DNA of 64,000 nt from an uncultured Acidobacteriota bacterium (GTDB taxonomy: Bacteria; Acidobacteriota; Terriglobia; Acidiferrales; UBA7541): positions 332,261-396,260 of the forward strand of contig CAVRYY010000002.1 in NCBI GenBank assembly GCA_963725655.1, in the 5' to 3' direction. Positions 36,126 through 45,673 of the stretch are shown in pieces. Each line of letters starts with the position of its first letter. Within the stretch, counting starts at the first letter, position 1. The translations under genes and the position numbers were made by a program. A model generated the notes under the pieces. That model did not search any database. It was not told the origin of the DNA and worked only from the letters and a program-made list of their open reading frames with translations.

Positions 36126-37916
36126 TTATTTCACGCTGACCGGCACGCTCTGCTGCAGTCGCTGTCCAAAGCGCTCATGTTCCTCGCGCAGCGCCTCCGG
36201 CAAATGGCTTCCAAACTTCTCCAGAAATTCGCCAATCGCAGCATGCTCAGCGACCCAGTCTCCCGCATCCACGCGTAGTAACTCCGCCACGTTTTTCGCG
36301 GTAAGCGGCAGGCCCTGCAGCGGAAGCGAGTCTGGGCTCGGCACCAGTCCAATCGCCGTCTCCACCGCCCCGGCCCGGCCCTCGGTGCGATCTAAAATCC
36401 ATTTCAACACCCGCACGTTCTCGCCATAACCCGGCCACAGAAATTTCCCGTCGTCGCCGCGCCGGAACCAATTCACGTGAAAAATCTTCGGCGGACGCGC
36501 CGCGCGTCGGCCCATCTCCAGCCAATGCCCGAAATAGTCCCCCATGTTGTATCCGCAGAAGGGAAGCATGGCCATCGGGTCGCGCCGCGTTACGCCCACT
36601 TGTCCGGACATCGCCGCCGTCGTCTCCGACGCCATCGACGCTCCCACGTACACGCCATGCTGCCAATTGTTCGATTCGTAGACCAGCGGCGCCAGTCGCG
36701 CCCTCCGCCCTCCGAACACGATCGCCGAAATCGGCACTCCCTCCGGGTCTTCCCAATGCTTCGAAATCGATGGCGCCTGGCTCGCTGCGATGGTGTACCG
36801 CGCGTTCGGATGCGCCGCCGTTCCCATCTCCGGATTCCACACCTGCCCGCGCCAGTTCAGCATTCCCGCGGGCGGCGGTATGTTGATTCCTTCCCACCAC
36901 GGCTCGCGCTCTGGGGTGAGCGCCACATTGGTATAAATTGCGTCGTGATGCATGGATGACATCACATGGGGATTCGTTTTCGCGCTGGTTCCCGGAGCCA
37001 CCCCGAAAAATCCCGCCTCCGGATTGATCGCCCGAAGCATTCCGTCCGCGCCGACGCGCAGCCATGCGATGTCGTCGCCTACCGTCCACACTCGATAGCC
37101 CTGGTCTTCCAGGCTCGATACCATCATCGCCAGGTTCGTTTTCCCGCAGGCGCTCGGAAACGCCGCGCACATGTAGGTCACTTTACCGCTGGGATCTTCC
37201 AGGCCCAGGATCAGCATGTGTTCCGCCATCCAGCCTTGCTCCCGCGCCATCCAGCTCGCGATCCTCAACGCAAAACACTTCTTACCCAGTAATGCGTTCC
37301 CACCGTATCCGGAACCTACGCTCCAGATCAGCCGCTCTTCCGGGAAGTGCATGATGAATCTTCGGTTCGGATCCAAATCGCCTAGCGAATGCAGCCCGGG
37401 CACAAATTCTTCCCCGCGCTTCAGGCGGTCCATCGCCTTGGGTCCCAGCCGCGACAGCTTTCTCATGTTCGCCACTACGTAAGGGCTGTCTGTAATTTCC
37501 ACGCCCACGCGGCTTCCCGGAGACTCCGCCGGGCCCAGAATATAAGGAACCACGAACATTGTGCGCCCGTGCATCGCGCCGTCGAACAGCGGACGCAGCT
37601 TTGCCTTTGCCGCTGCCGGATCCATCCAATTATTGGTCGGGCCGGCGTCTTCCTCTTTGCGCGTGCAAATGAACGTCAGGTTTTCGGTGCGGGCTACGTC
37701 GTTGGGATCGCTGCGGTGCAGGTACGACCGGGGAAAGGTCTTCTCGTTCAGGCTTAGGAAGGTGCCGTCCTGCAGCATCCCCTTCACCAGTGTTTCGTAT
37801 TCCTGCAACGAGCCATCGCACCACACAATCTTGGCGGGCTTGGTTAGGGTGGCGCACTCCTCCACCCAATGCTCAAACGATTTTGACAATTCCCGTCTCC
37901 TACGCCGAAAAATCAC
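36126..37916 (-). CDS. pckG: phosphoenolpyruvate carboxykinase (GTP)
   Basis: 596 aa. FPSACGKTNLAMM kinase-1a loop and other GTP-PEPCK motifs. Confidence 0.95.
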   Translation of the reverse strand: MIFRRRRRELSKSFEHWVEECATLTKPAKIVWCDGSLQEYETLVKGMLQDGTFLSLNEKTFPRSYLHRSDPNDVARTENLTFICTRKEEDAGPTNNWMDPAAAKAKLRPLFDGAMHGRTMFVVPYILGPAESPGSRVGVEITDSPYVVANMRKLSRLGPKAMDRLKRGEEFVPGLHSLGDLDPNRRFIMHFPEERLIWSVGSGYGGNALLGKKCFALRIASWMAREQGWMAEHMLILGLEDPSGKVTYMCAAFPSACGKTNLAMMVSSLEDQGYRVWTVGDDIAWLRVGADGMLRAINPEAGFFGVAPGTSAKTNPHVMSSMHHDAIYTNVALTPEREPWWEGINIPPPAGMLNWRGQVWNPEMGTAAHPNARYTIAASQAPSISKHWEDPEGVPISAIVFGGRRARLAPLVYESNNWQHGVYVGASMASETTAAMSGQVGVTRRDPMAMLPFCGYNMGDYFGHWLEMGRRAARPPKIFHVNWFRRGDDGKFLWPGYGENVRVLKWILDRTEGRAGAVETAIGLVPSPDSLPLQGLPLTAKNVAELLRVDAGDWVAEHAAIGEFLEKFGSHLPEALREEHERFGQRLQQSVPVSVK

Positions 37917-38610
37917 GCGCTAACGCCGGCAGGCTCCTGTCCGAGACTGCGTGCCAATCCTCCAACTATATCAATGGTTCAATTCTCAGAAGTCTAGGCC
38001 AGCGCTATGGGATTTGCAACAAACCAGGCATGCAGAGGTGCGTAGTCCATAAGTGCATGGTTCTGCGGTGCATTCCACCTTCCGTAAGCAGCGCCCGGCA
38101 CGCATATCCCACGGAAATGATCTATTCCCGCGCCTCCCGTCAGAGTGCTAGCCTCGCACAGCCATGCGAGCGAGCGAGCCAGAGTCAAAACCGGGATAGC
38201 AGCACAACAGCAAAAGGGGACGAAAAGCTAAATAGCAACACCGCCAGGATGCCCCATTGGATGTGTATGAAAACAAACGACGAAAGTTAGCCGAATCCAG
38301 GCAAATTACAGAACACACTTTCCAAAGCCGATGCCGCTGGGCGGTCTGGATCCGGGAATTCGTCCGGGCAAGAAAAAAGAAGGGCCTACCTAATCTCGCA
38401 ATGACAGGGGCGTTGCAGCGTCACCGCCGAGGGGTTCGGCCCTTCTGTGTATTTCGACGCAACCACTCGCCAACGGTGAGCACCAGCGAGGGAGGTTTTT
38501 TCAGTCACCGTCTCGGCGCCTGTCGCCGGCCTCAACAAGCGATGCCGCGAAGTTATCGGTTGGCGTATGATGGCCGTTCCTCTAAGTCCGGTTTACCCAT
38601 CGTGGGGGTC

Positions 38611-41018
38611 ATGAAGCATCGAATTCAGAGCGCCGCGGTACTGGGCGCGGGAACCATGGGCGCTCGAATCGCCGCGCACCTCGCCAACGCCGGAATCCCA
38701 TGCCTTCTGTTGGACGTTGCCGCCGACGGCGATCCCCGCACGCGAAACCGCATCGTGCAGGCCGGTCTCGACGCCGCGCGCAAGTCGCGTCCGGCTTCCT
38801 TTTTCACCCCCGACGCCAGCCGCCTGATCCAAGTCGGCAATTTCGAAGATGACCTCGCAAAGCTCGCCGCTGCCGACTGGATCATCGAAGCTGTCTCCGA
38901 GAATCTGGAGATCAAGCGCACTCTCCTTGCGCGCGTCGAACAATTCCGCCGCCCCGGCGCGATTATCACCACCAATACGTCCGGCTTGCCCATCCACATC
39001 ATCTCCGAAGGATTCTCTGCGGATTTTCAGCAGCATTGGGCGGGCACCCACTTTTTCAATCCGCCACGCTATATGAAGCTGGTCGAGCTGATCCGCGGGC
39101 CGCGAACTCTCCCGGCGGTGATCGATGCTCTCGAAGAAATATGCGATCACCGCCTCGGCAAAGGCGTGGTGATCGCCAAAGACACTCCGAATTTTATCGC
39201 CAATCGCATTGGAACTTTCTCGATCCTCACCGCGGTTCGCGCGATGGCCGAGCTCGGCATGACGATCGAGGAAGTGGACGCCTGTACCGGCCCGGCAGTC
39301 GGCTGGCCAAATTCCGCGACCTTTCGCACCGCCGACATCGTCGGTCTCGACGTCCTCGTCCACGTCGTGCGCAACCTCTATGACAACGCCCCGCACGATG
39401 AATCTCGCGACGCCTTCCGGGTTCCCGAGCTGATCGAAGAGATGCTCCAGCGCGGCTGGCTGGGCGAAAAGACCGGCAAAGGTTTCTACCAGCGCGTCAA
39501 GAAGGCCGGCGAACGCGAGATCCTCACTCTCGACTGGCATACCATGGAGTATCGCCCCCGCCAGAAACCTCGCTTTGCTTCGCTGGAGGCGCGCAAACTC
39601 ATTGAGGACACCCGCGACCGCTTGCGCGCGCTGGTCGCTCCGGCGATCGCTAACCAAAGCGCCGACAACGCGTCCAAGTTCCTTTGGCAGACTCTCGGAG
39701 AAACTTGTCTGTACGCCGCGCGCCGTATTCCTGAGATTGCCGATCGCATCGTGGACCTCGACCGCGCTATGCGCTGGGGATTTGGATGGGAGTTGGGCCC
39801 GTTCGAAATTTGGGATGTGCTAGGAGTGGAACCGATGGCCCGGGCCCTCGAAGCGCGGGAAAAACGCTGCCGCCGCTGGTCGCTGAATTGCTTTCCTCTC
39901 AGAAATCCTTTTACGGCAGCGAGAGCGGCCAACTCACCTATTTCGATCTCGCGGCAAAATCCCCCGCGCCCGTCGCCGGAGCCAAGGGCGTAATATTCCT
40001 GCCGTCACCTCAGGATCAAACCAAGGTTGTACAGAAAAATTCTGGCGCCCGTCTGGTCGATATCGGTGACGGTGTGGTGTGCTGCGAATTTCGGTCCAAG
40101 ATGAACTCCATCGGCGGCGACATCGTCGCGATGGTCCACGCCGGCCTGAAGCGGCTCGATGAAGATTTCGAAGCCATGGTGATCGCCAACGACGCCGTGA
40201 ATTTTTCCGTAGGCGCGAATCTCATGTTGTTGTTAGTCAGTGCGCAGGAGCAGGAATGGGACGATCTGCACCTCGCGGTGCGTCAGTTCCAGCGCGTCAA
40301 CATGGCCATCAAGCACGCTCCGCGTCCGGTGGTGGTCGCGCCGCAGGGCCTGGCTCTGGGTGGCGGTTGTGAAATCACGCTGCACGCGCCGCGGGTGCAA
40401 GCCGCCGCGGAATGCTACCTGGGATTGGTTGAGGTCAGTGTAGGTCTGATCCCCGCAGGCGGCGGCTGCAAAGAAATGCTGATCCGCGCGAACGAACATG
40501 CGGCAGGCGGCGCGCAACCGCTGGCTGCCAGCTCGGAAGCGAACATGGACTTGTTCCACGCGATGAAGCCCATATTCGAAAACGTCGCCATGGCCAAAGT
40601 TTCCGCCAGCGCCGAAGAAGCTCGCGCGTTAGGCTACCTCCGCCGCGATGACCGGGTCTCCATGAATCGCGATCGTTTGCTAGCCGACGCCAAAGCCACC
40701 GCGCTGGAGATGGCACGCGCTGGCTACCAGCCGCCCGCTCCGCGTGAGATTCGCGTCTTGGGCGAACAATTTCTGGCAGGCGCAAAGCTTGCCGTTCACA
40801 TGCTTCTTCGCGGCGAATTCATCAGCGAGTACGATGCGGCGGTCGCGCGGAAGCTAGCCACCGTTCTTTCCGGAGGCGCGCTCTCGGTCCCGCAGAATGT
40901 TAGCGAGCAATACGTGTTAGATCTCGAGCGAGAAGCCTTCGTCAGCCTGTGCGGCGAACGTAAGACTCAAGAGCGCATCGCCCACACCCTAAAGACCGGC
41001 AAGCCCCTGCGCAACTAG
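38611..41018 (+). pseudogene. 3-hydroxyacyl-CoA dehydrogenase / enoyl-CoA hydratase (FadN/FadB type), interrupted by a 1-nt frameshift near 39857-39865
   Basis: Frame 1 from MKHRIQSAAVLGAGTMGARIAAHLA to ...WDVLGVEPMARALEAR. Frame 3 continues KTLPPLVAELLSSQKSFY ... through a crotonase-like C-terminal domain. The joined length of about 800 aa is typical. Confidence 0.8.
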
Positions 41019-41094
41019 CAGGAGGCTACCCGGGTGTGGCCTTGCATTTGCTGTGAGTGGTGGGCCTTTCGCATTTGCTGTTGGTGGTGGGTGG

Positions 41095-41130
41095 CGCACC
41101 CTTCGCCGTCAAGGGTGCGGATTTTGATTT
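41095..41130 (+). terminator. rho-independent terminator downstream of the fadN-like gene
   Basis: cgcaccctt-cgccgtc-aagggtgcg (9-bp stem, 7-nt loop) followed by gattttgattt. Confidence 0.6.
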
Positions 41131-41207
41131 GCGGTTCCAAGGTTTTACGTTCTTATCTTTTCCGGGTGCCCCACTCTTCCCGGTTTTTGGGAAGGGGGGC
41201 GTTTAGC
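41129..41207 (+). repeat. structured intergenic repeat, copy A
   Basis: ttgcggttc...tcttatct.ttccggg.gccccactcttcccggtttttgggaaggggggcgtttagc. It shares long blocks with 56026-56097. Confidence 0.75.
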
Positions 41208-41243
41208 TTGAATCGATTTCAATTTATTTTCCGAGGTCATCAT

Positions 41244-42680
41244 ATGCAATCAGGTCCCACGCGAACCGCGCTGCTCTCGGCCATCCTACTGGCAGCCTAT
41301 TTCATCTGCAGCGCCCTGGCGATCCACGCCGAGGGCGGTGAGCCTCCCTACTTCGCCATCACCAACGCCCGGATTTTCACGATCTCGGGCGCGGTGATTG
41401 AAAACGGCACCGTAGTCGTCGCCAAGGGTCTGATTCAAGCCGTCGGTGCCGACCCCAAGATTCCCGCCGAAGCCTGGATAATCGATGGCAAGGGCATGTC
41501 CGTCTATCCCGGATTGATCGATGCAGGCACCGATCTCGGATTGCCGAAGGACGATGAAGCTCACGGCGCCGCGCACTCCAATGTCGACCGCGCGCATCCC
41601 GCCATGGGACCGGAAGATCGCCCCTACAGCACCCCGTGGCGAATTGCCGCCGACGAATTGAAGCCCGACGACAAACGCATCGCCGACTGGCGAAACGCCG
41701 GCTTCACTTCCACCCTGGCGCTTCCTTCCGGCGGAATATTTCCCGGGCAGGGCAGCTTGATCGATCTCGGTGACGAGCGCGCGGGAGAGATGGTGGTCCG
41801 ATCGCACGACGCGGTGCCGCTCTCGTTTCAAACCAGCGGCAGTTTTTACGGCTATCCCGATTCGCTGATGGGCGCGCTCGCCTACATGCGCCAGGTTTTG
41901 GACGATACCCGCTGGTACACCGCGTCGGAAGCCACCTATGAAGCACATCGCAACGGCATCGCCAGAATCCCTTACGACCACACCGAACATTTTCTCGATA
42001 AGTCTCTCGAGCGCCAGGAGATTTTTCTGATTCCCGCGAACAACCAGGTTCAAATCGTGCGCGCCCTGCTGCTGGCCAAAGAATGGAACGTCCCGGCAGC
42101 GGTATGGGGCGGCCAGCAAGGCTACGCGGTGGCTTCCGCGATAGCCGCAGCGAGAGTGCCAGTGTTGGTCAGTTTGAAGTGGCCGGCGAAAGGCAAGGAT
42201 CCCGACCCCGAGCAGGAACAACCTCTGCGCGACTTGCGTTTCCGCGATCGCGCTCCTGGGACCCCGGCAGAATTCGTCAAGGCGGGAGTGAAGTTCGCCT
42301 TCTACTCCGATGGCCTGGAAGGGCCGAAAGACATTCGCAAGAACCTGAAGAGGGCGATGGACGCTGGATTGTCCGCTGATGCCGCGCTGCGCGCGTTCAC
42401 TCTGGACGCCGCGCAAATACTCGGGGCAGGCGATGTCCTCGGCAGCATCGAGCCCGGCAAGATCGCCAACCTGGTAGTTACCGACGGCGATTTGTTCGGC
42501 GAAAAGACAAAAATCAAGCACGTCTTCGTCGATGGCCGGTGGTATCCGGTCCACGAAGAGACGCCCCCGGACAAACCGGCGGAGCCCAAGCCCGCGCGCG
42601 CCGCAATCGATGACGTCGCCGCGATGAATTCCTCGAACGCGGCCGCCACACGCGCTGCGCAAGCAAAGGTGGCCCAGTGA
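41244..42680 (+). CDS. secreted amidohydrolase-fold protein lacking metal ligands (paralogue 1)
   Basis: Signal peptide. The N-terminal beta-sandwich aligns with the next gene, but the HxH position reads GLIDAGTDLG. Confidence 0.8.
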   Translation: MQSGPTRTALLSAILLAAYFICSALAIHAEGGEPPYFAITNARIFTISGAVIENGTVVVAKGLIQAVGADPKIPAEAWIIDGKGMSVYPGLIDAGTDLGLPKDDEAHGAAHSNVDRAHPAMGPEDRPYSTPWRIAADELKPDDKRIADWRNAGFTSTLALPSGGIFPGQGSLIDLGDERAGEMVVRSHDAVPLSFQTSGSFYGYPDSLMGALAYMRQVLDDTRWYTASEATYEAHRNGIARIPYDHTEHFLDKSLERQEIFLIPANNQVQIVRALLLAKEWNVPAAVWGGQQGYAVASAIAAARVPVLVSLKWPAKGKDPDPEQEQPLRDLRFRDRAPGTPAEFVKAGVKFAFYSDGLEGPKDIRKNLKRAMDAGLSADAALRAFTLDAAQILGAGDVLGSIEPGKIANLVVTDGDLFGEKTKIKHVFVDGRWYPVHEETPPDKPAEPKPARAAIDDVAAMNSSNAAATRAAQAKVAQ

Positions 42681-44188
42681 ATCGCCCAACGAACCTGACT
42701 AGCAATCGGCGCTCTATCTCCATCGCCGCTGCCATGATTGGCATAACCGCCTTTCTCTCGGTCCTGCTTCCCGCCCCGGCTCGCGCGCAATCTTCCGGGG
42801 TCACCGTAATTCGAGACGCAACGATTCTTACCGTCACCCACGGCGCCATCGAGCACGGTTCGATCCTGATTCGCGACGGCAAGATCGCGGCGGTGGGCAC
42901 GGATGTAGCCGTGCCTGCAGGCGCCACGGTGATCGACGCCGCCGGCGAGTTCGTGATGCCCGGCATCGTGGATTGCCACTCGCACATCGCGGTGGACGGC
43001 AGCGTCAACGAGGGCAGCGTTAGCGTGTCCTCAATGGCCAATATCGCCGACGTTCTCAACCCCGACGACATCGTGATTTACGACGACCTGGCAGGCGGGG
43101 TCACCTCCGCCAACGTCCTGCACGGCAGCGCCAACCCGATCGGCGGCCAGACCGTAGTCATTAAGCTGCGCTGGGGCAGGCCCGCCAGCGAATTGCCTTT
43201 CGAAGGAGCGCTCCCGGGCATCAAATTCGCGCTCGGCGAAAATCCCAAGCAGTCGAATTTCCGTCCGCAGCCTCCCGTGCCCATCCGTTATCCCGCGTCG
43301 AGGCTCGGCGTCGAGGAAGTGATTCGCCAGGCGTTCACTGAAGCCAAGGAGTACAAGAAAACCTGGGACGACTACGATCGGCGCAAAGCGGCCGGCGAAG
43401 CCAACCTGATCGCCCCGCGCCGCGATTTGAAACTCGATCCGCTAGTGGAAGTTCTCGAAGGGAAGCGGTACATACACTGCCACTCCTACCGGCAGGACGA
43501 AATTCTGATGCTCATCCGCGTAGCCAATGAATTTGGCTTCAAGGTGCGCACCTTCCAGCACGTCCTCGAAGGGTACAAAGTCGCCGACGAAATCGCCGCC
43601 AGCGGCGCCGGCGGTTCCACGTTTTCCGACTGGTGGGCCTATAAGATGGAAGCATTCGACGCCATTCCCTATAACGCGGCGCTGATGACCGAGCGCGGCG
43701 TGATCGTCTCGATTAATTCCGACGACGCCGAAGAAGCGCGCCACCTCAACCAGGAAGCCGCGAAGGCCATCAAGTACGGCGGCGTTTCGCCCGTGGAAGC
43801 CCTGAAGATGGTCACCCTCAATCCCGCCATCCAACTCGGGATCGATAATCGTGTCGGGTCGATCGATGTGGGCAAGGATGCTGACTTGGCCATCTACAAC
43901 CACGATCCTCTGAGCGTCTACGCCGTCGCGCAGAAAGTTTTGATCGATGGACACGTGTATTTCGATCGCAGCCAGGACCTCGCGCAGCGCGCGGTGCTCG
44001 AGAAAGAAAAACAGGCGCTTCTCGACAAGGAAAAGAAAGCGGCCGAGGACGAGAAAAAGGCTGCCGAAAATTCCGCCAAAGGGCCCGATAAGGATGCCGG
44101 CAAGAAAAAGAGTCCGGGCAAAAAGAAAACCGGCACAACCACCCAGCCCCCGCAAGACGGTGCGGCCAGTGCAGGAGGCGCCCGATGA
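42677..44188 (+). CDS. secreted amidohydrolase (intact metal-binding motifs, paralogue 2)
   Basis: GIVDCHSHIA (HxH), IHCHSY, FQHVLEG, INSDD. Lys/Glu-rich C-terminal tail. Start GTG overlaps the upstream stop (GTGA). Confidence 0.85.
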   Translation: MNRPTNLTSNRRSISIAAAMIGITAFLSVLLPAPARAQSSGVTVIRDATILTVTHGAIEHGSILIRDGKIAAVGTDVAVPAGATVIDAAGEFVMPGIVDCHSHIAVDGSVNEGSVSVSSMANIADVLNPDDIVIYDDLAGGVTSANVLHGSANPIGGQTVVIKLRWGRPASELPFEGALPGIKFALGENPKQSNFRPQPPVPIRYPASRLGVEEVIRQAFTEAKEYKKTWDDYDRRKAAGEANLIAPRRDLKLDPLVEVLEGKRYIHCHSYRQDEILMLIRVANEFGFKVRTFQHVLEGYKVADEIAASGAGGSTFSDWWAYKMEAFDAIPYNAALMTERGVIVSINSDDAEEARHLNQEAAKAIKYGGVSPVEALKMVTLNPAIQLGIDNRVGSIDVGKDADLAIYNHDPLSVYAVAQKVLIDGHVYFDRSQDLAQRAVLEKEKQALLDKEKKAAEDEKKAAENSAKGPDKDAGKKKSPGKKKTGTTTQPPQDGAASAGGAR

Positions 44189-45642
44189 ACCGCTCCACGA
44201 GTTCCATCACGAATTGGACCAATAGCCGCGCCAGCAGGATGGCAGGCAATGCCCTCAGGCAGCGCCGGATTTTTCTTCCCTCGCTGGCGTCCATCGCCGG
44301 ATTGTTGTTGGTGATCGCCGCCCCGTTTCTCGCACCGGCGAATCTCTCCGCACAAGCTGCGTCGCAGGCTCCGGCGGCGGGCGCCAAGGTATTCGCGATC
44401 ACCAACGCAAAGATTTACACGTTGGCCGGGCCGGTGATTGAAAACGGCACGGTGGTGATTCGTGACGGAAAGATCGCCGCGGTAGGCGCGGGCGTAGCTG
44501 CACCGCCGGATGCGCAGGTGATTGACGCCAGGGGTCTCGAAGTTTATCCGGGTTTGTTCGATCCCATCACCGGGATGGGGCTGGGCGAGGTCGATCAAGT
44601 TCTGTCCACTCAGGACACCACCGAAACCGGTGACTTCAATCCCGATGTTGTCGCCGCCACCGCCGTCAATCCATCCAGCGCTCACATTCCGGTCACTCGC
44701 GCCGCTGGGATCACCCATGTGTTGTCAGTCGAAGGGGTTGGTGGGCTCGATTCGCAATCCGGCGGCGGTTTGATCGCTGGACAAGTCTCCGCGATTAATC
44801 TGGCGGGCTGGACCATGTCGGACATGGCCATCGACAAATCGGTAGCCATGGCCATCTACTGGCCGTCGATCGGCGGTGTCCAATTCGACTTCGCCACCCT
44901 CTCTCTCAAGACCAAGCCCTACACCGAATCGAAAGAAGCGTACGACAAGCAGGTGAACGAACTCTCCGATTGGCTAGATCGGGCCCGCCACTATGCGCAG
45001 GCCGTCGCCAAAGGCGCTCCCGCGAACTACGAACGCGACTTGAAGTTGGAGGCGTTGATTCCGGTCGTGCAAGGCAAGAAACCAGTGCTGGTTTTTGCCG
45101 ATAGCGCGCGCGACATTCGCAACGCCGTAGAATTCTGCTCGAAACAGAATTTGAAGATGGTTCTCGCCGGCGGCGCTGAAGCGTGGAGGGAAAAGGACCT
45201 CCTCAAGCAGAAGAATATTCCGGTAATCCTCGATCCCACCATGCGTTTGCCCGACCAGGAGGATTTTCCGTACGACAAGCCCATGACCCAGCCGGCTGAA
45301 CTGGTGGCCGCAGGCATCCCCATCGCTTTTGCCAGTTTCAATACCGATTTCTCGCGCCGCCTCACCCAGCAGGCAGGCAACGCCGTGGCCTACGGCCTAA
45401 GCCGCGACGAAGCGTTGAAAGCAGTCACCGTCAACGCCGCCAGAATGTTCGGCATGGACGATCGCCTCGGCACCATCGAGCCCGGCAAAATGGCCAACGT
45501 GATAATCACCGATGGCGACGTGCTCGAGTTGCGCACCCAGCTCCGTTACCTTTTCATTCAAGGCCAACTCACCAGCCTGGATAATAAGCATCTTCAACTC
45601 TACGAAATGTATCGCAAGCGCCCCAAGCCGAGCGCACCATAG
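44185..45642 (+). CDS. secreted amidohydrolase-fold protein lacking metal ligands (paralogue 3)
   Basis: ATGA overlap with the upstream gene. RQRRIFLPS Tat-like signal. The HxH position reads GLFDPITGMG. Confidence 0.8.
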   Translation: MNRSTSSITNWTNSRASRMAGNALRQRRIFLPSLASIAGLLLVIAAPFLAPANLSAQAASQAPAAGAKVFAITNAKIYTLAGPVIENGTVVIRDGKIAAVGAGVAAPPDAQVIDARGLEVYPGLFDPITGMGLGEVDQVLSTQDTTETGDFNPDVVAATAVNPSSAHIPVTRAAGITHVLSVEGVGGLDSQSGGGLIAGQVSAINLAGWTMSDMAIDKSVAMAIYWPSIGGVQFDFATLSLKTKPYTESKEAYDKQVNELSDWLDRARHYAQAVAKGAPANYERDLKLEALIPVVQGKKPVLVFADSARDIRNAVEFCSKQNLKMVLAGGAEAWREKDLLKQKNIPVILDPTMRLPDQEDFPYDKPMTQPAELVAAGIPIAFASFNTDFSRRLTQQAGNAVAYGLSRDEALKAVTVNAARMFGMDDRLGTIEPGKMANVIITDGDVLELRTQLRYLFIQGQLTSLDNKHLQLYEMYRKRPKPSAP

Positions 45643-45673
45643 ATTTTTCGCGGGTGTTTTGATCCAGGCCGGA

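Noticed and set aside
38257-38610. 118-aa N-terminal extension of the fadN-like ORF
   Set aside because: The sequence is not protein-like. The conserved Rossmann N-terminus starts at ATG 38611.
38593-39657. 354-aa minus-strand ORF opposite the fadN-like gene
   Set aside because: It is an antisense shadow. The plus strand carries the NAD-binding GAGTMG motif and a full-length homology pattern.
39857-39865. Programmed -1 ribosomal frameshifting in the fadN-like gene
   Set aside because: The site is not a canonical slippery heptamer and I could see no obvious downstream stimulatory structure. An indel or homopolymer error is more parsimonious. It is kept only as a low-probability alternative in the findings.
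41044-41207. Possible CRISPR-like or tandem repeat array
   Set aside because: There are only two imperfect 21-nt copies with a 6-nt spacer, plus an unrelated hairpin repeat. There is no repeat-spacer periodicity and there are no cas genes.
41034-41243. N-terminal extension of the first amidohydrolase ORF (start 41034)
   Set aside because: It reads through the terminator hairpin and the intergenic repeat. A proper signal peptide begins at ATG 41244.
41286-42689. Long minus-strand ORFs across the amidohydrolase genes (41286-42689, 42302-42985, 43442-44155, 43918-44718)
   Set aside because: All are antisense shadows of plus-strand genes that show clear family signatures and translational coupling.
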